DNA of 55,656 bases from an uncultured Rhodocyclaceae bacterium (GTDB lineage Bacteria; Pseudomonadota; Gammaproteobacteria; Burkholderiales; Rhodocyclaceae): the NCBI GenBank assembly GCA_937892345.1, contig CALAGF010000377.1, positions 1 to 55,656 of the forward strand, in the 5' to 3' direction. Shown one piece after another: positions 1 through 9,889 of the stretch. Numbering within the stretch: position 1 is the first letter of the stretch; each line of letters starts with the position of its first letter. The notes under the pieces are model-generated. The model was not told the origin of the DNA. It ran no database searches and saw nothing but the letters and a program-made list of their open reading frames with translations. The position numbers and the translations under genes are program-made.

Positions 1-1
1 C

Positions 2-574
2 GCACGTGACGTTGTTGCCAAGTCCGGCACCGGCCTGTGCTGGCGTGACGGCTACTGGACCCCGGCTGCCGCTGCTGCCGACAAGGCCGGTTGCGAGTGC
101 GACAAGGACCTGCTGCCGGCAGGCACCTGTGATGCCAAGGCTGCTGCACCGGCTGCTGCTGCACCGGCTGCTGGCGTTGCCGCGCCGAAGCCGACCGGTG
201 AAAAGATCACCGTCGCTGCCGATGCCCTGTTCGACTTCAACAAGGCTGTCCTGCGTCCGGAAGGCAAGGCCAAGCTCGACGAACTGGTCTCCAAGGCTGC
301 CGCCATCAAGCTGGAAGTGATCCTGGCTGTGGGTCATACCGACCGTCTGGGTGGCGACGCCTACAACCAGAAGCTGTCCGAGAAGCGCGCTGCTGCGGTC
401 AAGGAATACCTGGTTGCCAAGGGCATCGAAGCCAACCGTGTTTACACCGAAGGCAAGGGCGAGAAGCAGCCGGTTACCGGCGACAAGTGCAAGGGCAATG
501 CCAAGACCAAGGCCCTGATCGACTGCCTGCAGCCGGATCGTCGCGTCGACATCGAAGTCATCGGCACCAAGTAA
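2..574 (+). CDS. ompA: OmpA-family outer membrane/peptidoglycan-binding protein, 5'-truncated by the window edge
   Basis: Frame is open from base 2: CWRDGYWTP, Ala/Pro linker, [34 protein letters not shown]. Sits directly upstream of ubiG, as in betaproteobacterial ompA-ubiG loci. Confidence 0.93.
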   Translation, partial: ARDVVAKSGTGLCWRDGYWTPAAAAADKAGCECDKDLLPAGTCDAKAAAPAAAAPAAGVAAPKPTGEKITVAADALFDFNKAVLRPEGKAKLDELVSKAAAIKLEVILAVGHTDRLGGDAYNQKLSEKRAAAVKEYLVAKGIEANRVYTEGKGEKQPVTGDKCKGNAKTKALIDCLQPDRRVDIEVIGTK

Positions 575-593
575 TCTGCCGCTGCTACAATGG

Positions 594-620
594 AAAGCCC
601 TGCTTCGGCAGGGCTTTTTA
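594..620 (+). terminator. Intrinsic terminator after ompA
   Basis: AAAGCCCTGC-TTCG-GCAGGGCTTT followed by a T-rich tract. Confidence 0.9.
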
Positions 621-642
621 CTTTTTACCAGGCCAAAAAACC

Positions 643-1341
643 ATGTTGAACGCTGACCCCGCAGAACTTGAAAAATTTGGTGAACTGGCGCATCGCTGGT
701 GGGATGCAAACAGCGAGTTCAAACCCTTGCATGACATCAACCCTTTGCGCCTGGGTTGGATTGACCGCTGCACACACCTTCGTGGCAAGCAGGTACTGGA
801 TGTAGGCTGCGGCGGCGGCTTGCTGTCCGAAGGCATGGCCAGGCTAGGTGCCTCTGTCACGGGTATTGATCTATCGGAAAAGCCGTTGGGCGTAGCGCGA
901 CTGCATCTGCTTGAAAGCGGTGTACAGGTCGATTATCGAAAAATTGCAGTCGAAGCACTGGCTGAGGAAATGCCCGGCCACTTTGATGTAGTGACCTGCC
1001 TTGAAATGCTTGAGCACGTTCCCAATCCCTCAAGCGTGATTACGGCCTGCGCCAAACTGGTCAAACCTGGTGGACAGGTATTTTTCTCAACGCTGAACAG
1101 GAACCCCAAAGCCTATTTATTCGCTGTGATTGGTGCGGAATACGTGCTGAATATGCTACCCAAGGGGACTCACGATTTTACCAAATTCATCAAGCCTTCC
1201 GAGCTTGCGCGCTGGGCCAAGATGGGTCATCTGGAACCAGAAGAATTGATCGGCATGTCCTATAACCCGATCTCCAAGGAGTACGCCTTGGGTCGCGACA
1301 CCAGCGTAAATTATCTGATGCGAGCTGTTCGCAAGGACTGA
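643..1341 (+). CDS. ubiG: Ubiquinone biosynthesis O-methyltransferase
   Basis: [27 protein letters not shown] motif [17 protein letters not shown]. Start moved to ATG 643. Confidence 0.96.
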   Translation: MLNADPAELEKFGELAHRWWDANSEFKPLHDINPLRLGWIDRCTHLRGKQVLDVGCGGGLLSEGMARLGASVTGIDLSEKPLGVARLHLLESGVQVDYRKIAVEALAEEMPGHFDVVTCLEMLEHVPNPSSVITACAKLVKPGGQVFFSTLNRNPKAYLFAVIGAEYVLNMLPKGTHDFTKFIKPSELARWAKMGHLEPEELIGMSYNPISKEYALGRDTSVNYLMRAVRKD

Positions 1342-1349
1342 TTCAGGCT

Positions 1350-1379
1350 TGGCATGTCGCCCCTAAATCCGACATGCCA
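1350..1379. terminator. Hairpin between convergent ubiG and SBP genes, possible terminator
   Basis: TGGCATGTCG-N10-CGACATGCCA perfect 10-bp stem, but no U-tract. Confidence 0.4.
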
Positions 1380-1390
1380 CTCTCCTGTAC

Positions 1391-3532
1391 TTAGCGTGCA
1401 GCAATATGCTCCCGCTTGCGGTGAGCCTTGGCAAGCGGCCAGACGGTGAGGAAAACCAAGATAACGAGTATCAGCATCGGCCAGCGTACCGGGGTATTCC
1501 ATGCCTTGCGAGCCAACATCCGATCCTCGGCCACAATACGCTGATACTTGAGGGTATTGTTTCCCACATCGCTAGGCTTTCGGTTCTTCAGCCAGCGATG
1601 CCGCAAGGTATAACTTTTCGGATGCAGACCAAAAACCCACGGAGCATCGTTGTGCAGAATGTGATTCATCCGGCGAATGATTTCGAGCCGCTGCGGTGAG
1701 TTTTCCATGTGCTTCATTTGCCTGAACAACTGGTCAAATTCAGTGTTCTCATAATTCGCCGAATTTTCCCCGCCGCCTTTGACTCGCCCCTCGGGACCAT
1801 TGAGTAAAAAGAAAAAATTCTCCGGGTCGGGGTAATCCGCATTCCAGCCCATATAGAAAAGTTGCACATTACCTTTGCGCAACTTGTCCTGAAAACGATT
1901 GAAGTCGCTTGAACGGACCACCAACTGAATATCGATTTTGGCGAACTGCCGTGTTAGCCAATCCAGACGGGACTTTTCTCCCATCCCGCCGCCGGTGGTA
2001 TCAAGATTCAGCACCAGCGCTTCACCGGTGACAGCATGTCTGCCGTTGGGATAACCCGCCTCAGCCATCAGGCGTTTCGCCGCATCGATTGATTTACGCT
2101 TGGGGCGTCCATCAACCCAGTCGTAGACTGCTGGATTGATACCGGCCTCTCCCGCCTCAAACCCGAATATTCCCGGTGGCAAAGGGCTTTGTGCGGCCAG
2201 GCCACGACCGTTTGAAAAAATCGAGATGAACTCTTCCTGATCGATTGCAATCGAAATCGCTTGCCGAAGCGCCGCCTGTTTTTTGGACAAACTACCGACC
2301 ACGGGATCCAGCATGTTGAACCCCATATAGAACGTCGAACTCTTGACCGAAGTCAGCAGATGAATCCCCTTTTCCTGCATTTCTTCGGTCAACGCCACTT
2401 CACCCCCAATATTGACTTTGACCGCCTGATCAAAACTGTCAGATGAAATACCCGAGGCGTCGAAGTAACCCTGAAGGAATTTGTTCCAATAAGGAATTGC
2501 TTCTTTTTCCCGCGTGAAAACCGCTTGATCGATAAATGGCAGGGGTTTGCCACAATCCGCCAGCAAGCCGGCAGCGAGATCGTCCGGTTCGCCTTCGCAA
2601 GGGTAATCCTGGCCATGAAAATTGGGATTCTTCGATAACACCATCCGGCGATTCGGGTCATTTTCGGTCAACATGTAAGGCCCGGTGCCGACCGGCCACC
2701 AATCCAGCGTAAGGTTTTTTTCCGCCATTCCGGGCTGGCTGAAGAAACGATCCACCTCCCGTGGCACCGGCGCAAAAAACGGCATCGCCAGCCAATAGGC
2801 AAACTGAGGATATTTGCCCCGAATCCGGATTCGCCAAGTGCCGGCATCGACCCGTTCGACCCCTCTCAGGGGAAAAGCATCCAGATCCAGCCAGGCATCC
2901 TTCTCCAGCCCCTGGGCGGCCTTGTTCAATGTATTTCCAAGTTCCTGCAGGCCGACAATCTTGTCCGCCATCATGCCGAAAATTGGCGAATGCAAGCGCG
3001 GATGGGCCAAGCGCTTGATCTGATAAATGTAATCATCCGAAGTCAGTTCGCGCGTCGCGGTTTGTGGAAAATCAGCAATACGGGTTCGTCCTTCCGCCAC
3101 ATTTTTCCCGAGATACATCGGTCGACCGCTGGTATCGAGTACAAATGCTGGATGCGGCTGATAGCGGATACCTGACACCAGTCTCAGTTCATAGACACTT
3201 TCCGCGATCTGTTCAACGGGTGCGTCTGCCGGCAAGCGCTGCCCGCGCGCATCCAGATAGACAGGTACCGGTATCTCCTTGAGGGTTGCGGGGATCAGTT
3301 CATAAGGTCGCTTGAGATAGTGGTACTGCAAAGGAGGCTCATAAATCTGCCCGGTAAATGCGATCTCATCCTCGGCATAGGATTGCGCAGGATCAAGATG
3401 CTTGGGCCGATCGGTAAATGCGGTGTACAGAATGTTCTTTCCAGCATCGCCGGCCGGATAAGGGTCATTCCAGGACGAACCACAACCCGCTAGTGCCAAC
3501 AACAGAAAGAGGCAGGAAAATATTTTTCGCAT
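1391..3532 (-). CDS. Large ABC transporter substrate-binding lipoprotein (family 5, peptide/nickel type) with C-terminal hydrophobic helix
   Basis: Lipobox LALAGC, PKHLDPAQSY, PVGTGPY, GWNADYPDPENF; C-terminal WPMLILVILVFLTVWP. Start taken at MRKIF (3532). Confidence 0.88.
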   Translation of the reverse strand: MRKIFSCLFLLLALAGCGSSWNDPYPAGDAGKNILYTAFTDRPKHLDPAQSYAEDEIAFTGQIYEPPLQYHYLKRPYELIPATLKEIPVPVYLDARGQRLPADAPVEQIAESVYELRLVSGIRYQPHPAFVLDTSGRPMYLGKNVAEGRTRIADFPQTATRELTSDDYIYQIKRLAHPRLHSPIFGMMADKIVGLQELGNTLNKAAQGLEKDAWLDLDAFPLRGVERVDAGTWRIRIRGKYPQFAYWLAMPFFAPVPREVDRFFSQPGMAEKNLTLDWWPVGTGPYMLTENDPNRRMVLSKNPNFHGQDYPCEGEPDDLAAGLLADCGKPLPFIDQAVFTREKEAIPYWNKFLQGYFDASGISSDSFDQAVKVNIGGEVALTEEMQEKGIHLLTSVKSSTFYMGFNMLDPVVGSLSKKQAALRQAISIAIDQEEFISIFSNGRGLAAQSPLPPGIFGFEAGEAGINPAVYDWVDGRPKRKSIDAAKRLMAEAGYPNGRHAVTGEALVLNLDTTGGGMGEKSRLDWLTRQFAKIDIQLVVRSSDFNRFQDKLRKGNVQLFYMGWNADYPDPENFFFLLNGPEGRVKGGGENSANYENTEFDQLFRQMKHMENSPQRLEIIRRMNHILHNDAPWVFGLHPKSYTLRHRWLKNRKPSDVGNNTLKYQRIVAEDRMLARKAWNTPVRWPMLILVILVFLTVWPLAKAHRKREHIAAR

Positions 3533-3539
3533 GGCGCGC

Positions 3540-3548
3540 AGTTTAACA
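3540..3548 (-). promoter_or_regulatory. Extended -10 (TG-T-TAAACT) 7 nt before the SBP ATG, leaderless-type
   Basis: Minus strand reads TGTTAAACT-GCGCGCC-ATG with no Shine-Dalgarno. Confidence 0.55.
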
Positions 3549-3608
3549 ACTTGACCGGCCGGCGGTGCATTGCCCACAATCCATCAAGACCCATAGACAG
3601 AGGCAGCC

Positions 3609-4064
3609 ATGCTCGATACCAAAATTCCCGACTTCTCCATCCCGACAACCAATGGCCAAAGCTTCAAGCTTTCCGAGCACGCAGGAAAAATCCTCGTTCT
3701 TTATTTCTATCCAAAGGACAGTACGCCGGGCTGTACCACCCAAGGTCAGAATTTTCGCGATCTCCACGCTGAGTTTTCTGCGGTCAACGCAGTCATTTTG
3801 GGAATTTCCCGGGACAGTCTGAAGTCACACGAAAACTTCAAGGCAAAACAGGGTTTCCCGTTTGAACTGGGCTCGGATCAAGACGAAGCACTATGCACGC
3901 TGTTTGGCGTGATCAAGATGAAGAACATGTACGGCAAACAGGTCCGCGGCATTGAGCGCAGCACCTTCGTAATCGATGGCGAAGGCGTCTTGCGACGCGA
4001 ATGGCGCGGACTCAAGGTACCCGGACATGTGCAGGAAGTCCTCGATTTCGTAAAAACCCTCTAA
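3609..4064 (+). CDS. bcp: Peroxiredoxin Bcp/PrxQ (no CxxxxC resolving Cys)
   Basis: LYFYPKDSTPGCT, GISRDS, IERSTFVID. Confidence 0.93.
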   Translation: MLDTKIPDFSIPTTNGQSFKLSEHAGKILVLYFYPKDSTPGCTTQGQNFRDLHAEFSAVNAVILGISRDSLKSHENFKAKQGFPFELGSDQDEALCTLFGVIKMKNMYGKQVRGIERSTFVIDGEGVLRREWRGLKVPGHVQEVLDFVKTL

Positions 4065-4087
4065 CAACTCACGCAAAGGCCCATCCC

Positions 4088-5509
4088 ATGCCGCGCAAAC
4101 CCGCTGCCAAGAAGCCCGCTGTTACGAAGATGTTTGTCCTCGACACCAATGTGTTGATGCACGATCCCAGTTGTCTGTTCCGGTTTGAAGAACACGATAT
4201 CTTCCTGCCGATCATGACCCTGGAGGAACTCGACAATCACAAGAAAGGCATGTCGGAAATTGCACGCAATGCCCGCCAGGCTTCACGTACGCTGGATGAA
4301 ATGCTGGCGAAGGACGAGGTGGATATTGACGAGGGAATCGACCTTACCGGGCCTTCCAGCAAGCTGGCCAGCGGTCGCCTCTATCTGCAGACGGAAGCCA
4401 TCAGCGCCGAATTGCCGCAGGGTCTGCCCACCTCCAAGGTCGACAACCAGATTCTCTCTGTGGTTATCCATCTGCAAAAAAAGTTTCCCAAGCGCCCCGT
4501 CATTCTGGTGTCCAAAGACATCAACATGCGTATCAAATCGCGCGCACTCAACCTGCTCGCGGAAGATTATTTCAATGACAAGGTACTGGAAGATACCGAC
4601 ATTCTTTACGCCGGTACACGTGCGCTTCCCGAGAATTTCTGGGACAAGCACGGCAAGGGCATGGCGTCCTGGAAAAAGGACAGCAAGACCTACTACAAGG
4701 TCACAGGCCCACTCTGTCCGAAATTCCTGATCAACGAGTTTGTCTGGCTGGAAAAGGATGGCTTCTCTGCCATCGTCAAGGAAACCGCCGGCAAGACAGC
4801 AACCCTTGAAACCCTGATTGACTACACCCATCCTAAAAATGTGGTTTGGGGCATCACCGCCCGCAACCGTGAACAAAATTTCGCGCTTAACCTGCTGATG
4901 AATCCGGACATCGATTTCGTCACTTTGCTCGGGCAGGCAGGCACGGGAAAAACCTTGCTCACACTGGCGGCAGGGCTGACTCAAACACTGGAAAGCAAAC
5001 AGTTTGCAGAAATCATCATGACCCGCGTCACCGTACCCGTCGGTGAAGACATCGGCTTTCTACCCGGCAGCGAAGAGGAAAAAATGGCGCCATGGATGGG
5101 TGCGCTGGAGGATAACCTTGAGGTCCTCACCCACACCGATGAAAGCAACAGCCCCTACGGCGGAGAGTGGGGCAAAGCTGCGACGCAGGACATCATTCGC
5201 TCCAAGATCAAAATCAAATCATTGAATTTCATGCGGGGCAGAACCTTCCTGAAAAAGTATCTGATTATCGACGAAGCACAGAATCTGACCCCGAAGCAGA
5301 TGAAAACTCTGGTAACTCGAGCCGGACCGGGAACCAAGGTTGTCTGCCTCGGGAACATTGCCCAAATTGATACCCCCTACCTCACCGAAGGCAGTTCCGG
5401 CCTGACCTATGTAGTTGATCGTTTCAAGGGTTGGCAGCACTCCGGTCACATCACGTTACAAAGAGGGGAGCGCTCCCGTCTCGCAGATCACGCAGCCGAA
5501 GTGCTATAA
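4088..5509 (+). CDS. PIN-PhoH family ATPase (PhoH2/YlaK-like)
   Basis: PIN motif FVLDTNVLMHDP, Walker A GQAGTGKT, IGFLPG, FMRGRT, IIDEAQN, ERSRLA. Start ATG 4088. Confidence 0.92.
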   Translation: MPRKPAAKKPAVTKMFVLDTNVLMHDPSCLFRFEEHDIFLPIMTLEELDNHKKGMSEIARNARQASRTLDEMLAKDEVDIDEGIDLTGPSSKLASGRLYLQTEAISAELPQGLPTSKVDNQILSVVIHLQKKFPKRPVILVSKDINMRIKSRALNLLAEDYFNDKVLEDTDILYAGTRALPENFWDKHGKGMASWKKDSKTYYKVTGPLCPKFLINEFVWLEKDGFSAIVKETAGKTATLETLIDYTHPKNVVWGITARNREQNFALNLLMNPDIDFVTLLGQAGTGKTLLTLAAGLTQTLESKQFAEIIMTRVTVPVGEDIGFLPGSEEEKMAPWMGALEDNLEVLTHTDESNSPYGGEWGKAATQDIIRSKIKIKSLNFMRGRTFLKKYLIIDEAQNLTPKQMKTLVTRAGPGTKVVCLGNIAQIDTPYLTEGSSGLTYVVDRFKGWQHSGHITLQRGERSRLADHAAEVL

Positions 5510-5524
5510 TTTTGAGCATTGTTG

Positions 5525-5550
5525 AAGCCGTGTCCATGACGCGGCTTTTT
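5525..5550 (+). terminator. Intrinsic terminator after phoH-like gene
   Basis: AAGCCGTGTC-CAT-GACGCGGCTT followed by TTT. Confidence 0.75.
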
Positions 5551-5582
5551 CGTTTCAGCCATGATGTCGACCGGAGAAGCTT

Positions 5583-6872
5583 TTGAAACGACGAGATTTC
5601 CTGGCCTCAGTGCTTGCACTGGCAGTCACTGCAGGCGAAGCCCAGGCGGCAAATAAGCAACGTGCGAAAAAGGCCGGCACGTCCGCTGGCAGCGACAAGA
5701 AAAATAAAAATAAAACCACCGCAAGCAAATCGTCCAGCCGAAAAACAAGCACCCGCAGGGACAAGAGAACGTCCCGAGCAGTGGCCCCGGCATCAGCTTC
5801 TGTGAGCGGCGATCAGTCGGTAATAGATCATCCAGTGCAGGGCACATCAGCCTCCCGACTTCCTGCCGTCAAGGCATTAGAAATTCCGAGCGAATGGCGC
5901 ACCTGCGAAATTGTGACGCTGGTGAAACTGCCTGCGGGAACCCAAGGGCCCGCAAAGCTATGGCTACCCTTGCCGATGAACCAGGATTCACTCTATCAAC
6001 GAGTGCTCAGCCACACCTGGCAGGGCAATACGCTCAGCGCCGGCATGCGCCGGCTTCCGGATGGTGATCTCGAAATACTGACTTGTGAATGGCGAGATGC
6101 AACTGATGCCAGTTTCCGACTGGTAAGTCAGGTCGCAACTGCCGATCGGCAATTCGACGTTTCACGCCGTAGTGCAGCGCCGGACCGTGACGATATCCTG
6201 CGCAAGAATCTTCAGTCCAGCAGCCTGATCCCGGCAGAAGGCCTTGTTCAGCAACTTGCTGACCGAATCGTCGGGCGTATCAAAGATCCCGTTGCTCAGG
6301 TCAAAGCGATTTATGACTGGGTAATCGACAATTCGGTTTATGACCCCGGACTGCTTGGCTGTGGTACCGGTGACGTGAACAAGCAATTGTCCAGTGGCCG
6401 CTACGGAGGGCGTTCGGCAGATATCAACGGACTCTTCGTCGCACTGTGTCGTGGCAGCGGGATCCCCGCACGGTGCTCTTACGGTCTACGCACCGGGCCA
6501 TCCAGTTTGTTCCCAAGTCTAGGATTGACTGGCGAAGATGCCACCCAAGCCTTCCATGTCCGCGCTGAGTTTTACATTCCGGGTTATGGCTGGGTTGGCG
6601 TAGACCCAAGCGACGTCCGCCGAGCCATCACACTGGACAACCTTTCCGAGCATGAGCCGCGACTGGCCTCGCTACGCAGAGTGCTATTCGGTGTTTGGGA
6701 GATGAACTGGGTGGCTTTGAATACGGGCAATGATGTCAGGATACCCAGCCTGTCAGAATCCCCTGCCTTTATTTTTGAGCCGCGTCTTTACATCGACGGC
6801 AAGAAATTAGGCCCACAACGCACCTTGGCCGCCCCCTATTACCGGATCAGTGCGCGACCAATTCGTGCCTGA
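5583..6872 (+). CDS. Tat-exported transglutaminase-like protein with catalytic Cys replaced by Ser
   Basis: Tat motif KRRDFL, TTG start with GGAG RBS; KAIYDWV, GCGTGD, GGRSADINGLFVALCR..GIPAR, HVRAEFY..GWVGVDPSDV. Confidence 0.82.
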   Translation: MKRRDFLASVLALAVTAGEAQAANKQRAKKAGTSAGSDKKNKNKTTASKSSSRKTSTRRDKRTSRAVAPASASVSGDQSVIDHPVQGTSASRLPAVKALEIPSEWRTCEIVTLVKLPAGTQGPAKLWLPLPMNQDSLYQRVLSHTWQGNTLSAGMRRLPDGDLEILTCEWRDATDASFRLVSQVATADRQFDVSRRSAAPDRDDILRKNLQSSSLIPAEGLVQQLADRIVGRIKDPVAQVKAIYDWVIDNSVYDPGLLGCGTGDVNKQLSSGRYGGRSADINGLFVALCRGSGIPARCSYGLRTGPSSLFPSLGLTGEDATQAFHVRAEFYIPGYGWVGVDPSDVRRAITLDNLSEHEPRLASLRRVLFGVWEMNWVALNTGNDVRIPSLSESPAFIFEPRLYIDGKKLGPQRTLAAPYYRISARPIRA

Positions 6873-6874
6873 AA

Positions 6875-8281
6875 TCAGTTCTGGGAATCAACGAATCCGC
6901 CACTCGCCAGATTTTCGAAACGGGTGTACTCACCGATAAATGCCATGCGGACGGTGCCCGTCGGTCCATTACGCTGCTTGCCGATAATCACTTCAGCAAT
7001 CCCTTTGTCCGGTGTATCGGGCTTGTAATACTCCTCCCGATACATCATCAAGATCACATCGGCATCCTGCTCAATTGCGCCGGATTCACGTAAGTCGGAC
7101 ATCATGGGACGCTTGTCGGTTCGTTCTTCAACTTTCCGCGACAACTGGGAGAGCGCGACAATCGGAACCTGCAATTCCTTGGCAAGAGACTTGATGGACC
7201 GTGAAATTTCCGAGACTTCCGTTGCGCGATTCTCTCCCTGACGATTACCGCTCATCAACTGGATGTAGTCGATTACCAGCAAGCCCAGTTTGCCCCCATA
7301 TTGACGGGCCAGACGGCGCGCTCTCGCACGCAGGTTAGCCGGACTCAAGCCCCCGGTTTCATCGATGTAAATGGGGGCTTCGTGCAGTTTTCCCAAGGCA
7401 AATGTCAGGCGTGACCACTCGTCGTCCGACATCCTCCCGGTTCTCAAACTCTGGGAGTTCAAACGACCAATCGAAGCCAGCATCCGTGTTGCCAATTGTG
7501 CCCCGCCCATTTCCATCGAAAAAACACCGACTGGCAACCCCGTATCCACAGCAACATTCTCAGCAATATTCAGTGCGAATGCCGTTTTTCCCATCGACGG
7601 TCGACCCGCCACAATGATCAAATCTCCAGGCTGAAAACCTGATGTCTTTTGATCGAGGTCGAGAAACCCTGTTGGGACGCCGGTAATATCCGAGGGATTA
7701 TCCCGATCGTGAAGCTCCTGAATTCGCTCCACCACCTGAGTTAACAGCGGGTTGATATGTACAAAACCCTCACTGTGGCCAGCCCCTGCTTCAGCGATCT
7801 TGAAAATTTTCGACTCTGCCTCGTCGAGCAGGGTTGCCGCATCGCGGCCCAGGGGATTTAGCGCATCACCTGCAATTTCGTCCGCGGTCGCCACCAGTTG
7901 TCGCAGGACCGCGCGCTCACGCACAATTTCGGCATAGCGACGAATATTTGCGGCAGAGGGCGTATTCGCGGCCAATTCTCCGAGGTACGCCAGGCCACCA
8001 GTTTGCTCTCCCTCTCCTGCCGCATCCAGTGCCTCGGCAACGGTAACCACATCCGCTGGCTTGGCTTTTTCCAGCAAATTTTTTATCTGACGAAATATCC
8101 GCCGGTGCTCATCGCGATAAAAATCAGCATCCGCGAGCAAATCACCCATCCGGTCCCATGCCTGATTATCAAGCAACAAGCCCCCCAAAACGGATTGCTC
8201 AGCTTCGATGGAGTGCGGCGGCACCCGCAACTGGTCAAGCGTCGAATCAGAGTAGCGGGGTTTGTTGGGGCGTTGATTCAT
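6875..8281 (-). CDS. dnaB: Replicative DNA helicase
   Basis: PPHSIEAEQSVLGG, AGRPSMGKT, DYIQLM, SDLRESGAIEQDAD, KQRNGPTG; 468 aa, no intein. Confidence 0.98.
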   Translation of the reverse strand: MNQRPNKPRYSDSTLDQLRVPPHSIEAEQSVLGGLLLDNQAWDRMGDLLADADFYRDEHRRIFRQIKNLLEKAKPADVVTVAEALDAAGEGEQTGGLAYLGELAANTPSAANIRRYAEIVRERAVLRQLVATADEIAGDALNPLGRDAATLLDEAESKIFKIAEAGAGHSEGFVHINPLLTQVVERIQELHDRDNPSDITGVPTGFLDLDQKTSGFQPGDLIIVAGRPSMGKTAFALNIAENVAVDTGLPVGVFSMEMGGAQLATRMLASIGRLNSQSLRTGRMSDDEWSRLTFALGKLHEAPIYIDETGGLSPANLRARARRLARQYGGKLGLLVIDYIQLMSGNRQGENRATEVSEISRSIKSLAKELQVPIVALSQLSRKVEERTDKRPMMSDLRESGAIEQDADVILMMYREEYYKPDTPDKGIAEVIIGKQRNGPTGTVRMAFIGEYTRFENLASGGFVDSQN

Positions 8282-8290
8282 GGGGCCTCA

Positions 8291-8322
8291 AAATTAAAAA
8301 GGCCTCGCAATTGCGAGGCCTT
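8291..8322 (-). terminator. Intrinsic terminator after rplI
   Basis: Perfect palindrome AAGGCCTCGCAATTGCGAGGCCTT followed on the minus strand by a T-rich tract. Confidence 0.8.
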
Positions 8323-8342
8323 GAAGCGTAGTTTAAAGCCGC

Positions 8343-8789
8343 TTACTCGGCAACCACGGCAACAGAAATGTTGGCAAGCACATCGGTATGCAGAGCGATA
8401 TCGAGCGGGAACTCGCCAATCGCCTTAAGCGGACCTTCCGGCATGCGAACAGAAGACTTGTCGACGTCGAAACCAGCACCCTTGAGTGCTTCAGCCACAT
8501 CAGCATTACCCACAGACCCGAACAGACGACCGTCCATACCAGCCTTGCGAGCAACGGTCACAACAGTACCGTTCATCTTGTCAGCAACGGCTTGTGCAGC
8601 AGCCAGCTTCTCGGCAGCCGCCTTTTCCAGTTCGGCGCGGCGTGCTTCGAACTCAGCCATGGCAGCCGGCGTGGCACGCTTGGCCATACGCTGGGGGATC
8701 AGGAAGTTACGGGCATAGCCGTCCTTGACCTTGACCACGTCACCAAGATTACCCAAGTTAACAACTTTTTCGAGCAGAATGATTTGCAT
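8343..8789 (-). CDS. rplI: 50S ribosomal protein L9
   Basis: [37 protein letters not shown]. Confidence 0.98.
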   Translation of the reverse strand: MQIILLEKVVNLGNLGDVVKVKDGYARNFLIPQRMAKRATPAAMAEFEARRAELEKAAAEKLAAAQAVADKMNGTVVTVARKAGMDGRLFGSVGNADVAEALKGAGFDVDKSSVRMPEGPLKAIGEFPLDIALHTDVLANISVAVVAE

Positions 8790-8807
8790 GTTTCGTCTCC
8801 CCGGAAA

Positions 8808-9083
8808 TTATTGATGGTTGTCGGTGTAAGGCAGCAGGGCCAGGAAGCGGGCACGCTTGATAGCAGTGCCCAGCTGACGCTGGTAACCCGCCTTCGTGCC
8901 GGTCAGACGAGCCGGCATGATCTTGGCGTTTTCCTGGATGTATTCCTTGAGGACATCTACCTCTTTGTAGTCGATTTGTTCGACCTTTTCTGCCGTGAAG
9001 CGACAGAATTTGCGACGCTTGAACAAGCTGTTGCCGCGACGCTTTTTCTTGTCATCAACCTTCTTCTTGAAGAATCGTGCCAT
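8808..9083 (-). CDS. rpsR: 30S ribosomal protein S18
   Basis: [35 protein letters not shown]; start MARFF with GGAAGG RBS. Confidence 0.97.
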   Translation of the reverse strand: MARFFKKKVDDKKKRRGNSLFKRRKFCRFTAEKVEQIDYKEVDVLKEYIQENAKIMPARLTGTKAGYQRQLGTAIKRARFLALLPYTDNHQ

Positions 9084-9384
9084 TTTCGTTTCCTTCCAAA
9101 TATTCAATAGTGTTGGCGTGTATCACGGGCATTTTGGCGTTTCGACCTTTTGCAGCAACAAATCCAACGACTCTCAGATTGCCGCCCAAAGGTGCCGACT
9201 CCAGCCAGCGTGCCATAACACCCAAAGCAACAAGAGGCATTTCCAGCTCCACATTTCTTTCCGTGCCATTTTCAAACAGCACCGAACGATGGGATAACCT
9301 GCCCTCACTCACCGGAATACCTGCCGGGGTATAGCGCAACTGTTTGCGCTCCACCAGACATCCGTCGAGAGTAATGTTGTTCAG
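9055..9384 (-). CDS. priB: Primosomal replication protein N, probable CTG start
   Basis: (M)NNITLDG...[14 protein letters not shown]; lies between rpsF and rpsR; in-frame TAA immediately upstream of the CTG at 9384. Confidence 0.85.
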   Translation of the reverse strand: MNNITLDGCLVERKQLRYTPAGIPVSEGRLSHRSVLFENGTERNVELEMPLVALGVMARWLESAPLGGNLRVVGFVAAKGRNAKMPVIHANTIEYLEGNENGTILQEEG

Positions 9385-9410
9385 TTAAGCACTTTCCCGT
9401 GAAGCCAGAA

Positions 9411-9785
9411 TCAGGCAGCAGCCTGCTCGACAGGAGCAGCTTCGCCAGCCAGCAGGGACTTCGACTTTTCTTCCTTCATCATCGGGGAAGGCGTCGTCAC
9501 GGCAGACTTCATCTTGACGGTCAGATGACGCAGAACTGCATCATTGAACTTGAAAGAATGCTCGAGCTCGCTCAGCGTGTCGCCATCGCACTCGATATTC
9601 ATCAGCACATAATGTGCTTTGTGGATCTTCTGGATCGGGTAAGCCAATTGACGACGGCCCCAGTCTTCCAAACGATGCACTGAACCACCCTTGCTGGTAA
9701 CGATGGAACGATAGCGCTCGACCATGCCGGGCACTTGTTCGCTTTGGTCCGGGTGGACGATAAAGCAGATTTCATAATGACGCAT
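9411..9785 (-). CDS. rpsF: 30S ribosomal protein S6
   Basis: [39 protein letters not shown]. Confidence 0.98.
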   Translation of the reverse strand: MRHYEICFIVHPDQSEQVPGMVERYRSIVTSKGGSVHRLEDWGRRQLAYPIQKIHKAHYVLMNIECDGDTLSELEHSFKFNDAVLRHLTVKMKSAVTTPSPMMKEEKSKSLLAGEAAPVEQAAA

Positions 9786-9851
9786 GCAAACTCCTTTTGG
9801 GATAAACCCCCCGTCATGCGAACGCGGTGGGGCAAGGTTGAAAAGCCCAAG

Positions 9852-9860
9852 ACTATAGCA
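9852..9860 (-). promoter_or_regulatory. Extended -10 promoter of the rpsF operon
   Basis: TG-C-TATAGT on the minus strand about 65 nt upstream of the rpsF ATG. Confidence 0.55.
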
Positions 9861-9889
9861 CAGCCCTGGGCCTCAGAGGAAGAATACAA

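Noticed and set aside
140-173. 15-bp tandem repeat GCTGCTGCACCGGCT, about 2.3 copies
   Set aside because: Encodes the ordinary Ala/Pro linker of OmpA; not a CRISPR or mobile repeat.
6875-8281. Possible intein in DnaB
   Set aside because: Normal 468-aa length with contiguous motifs.
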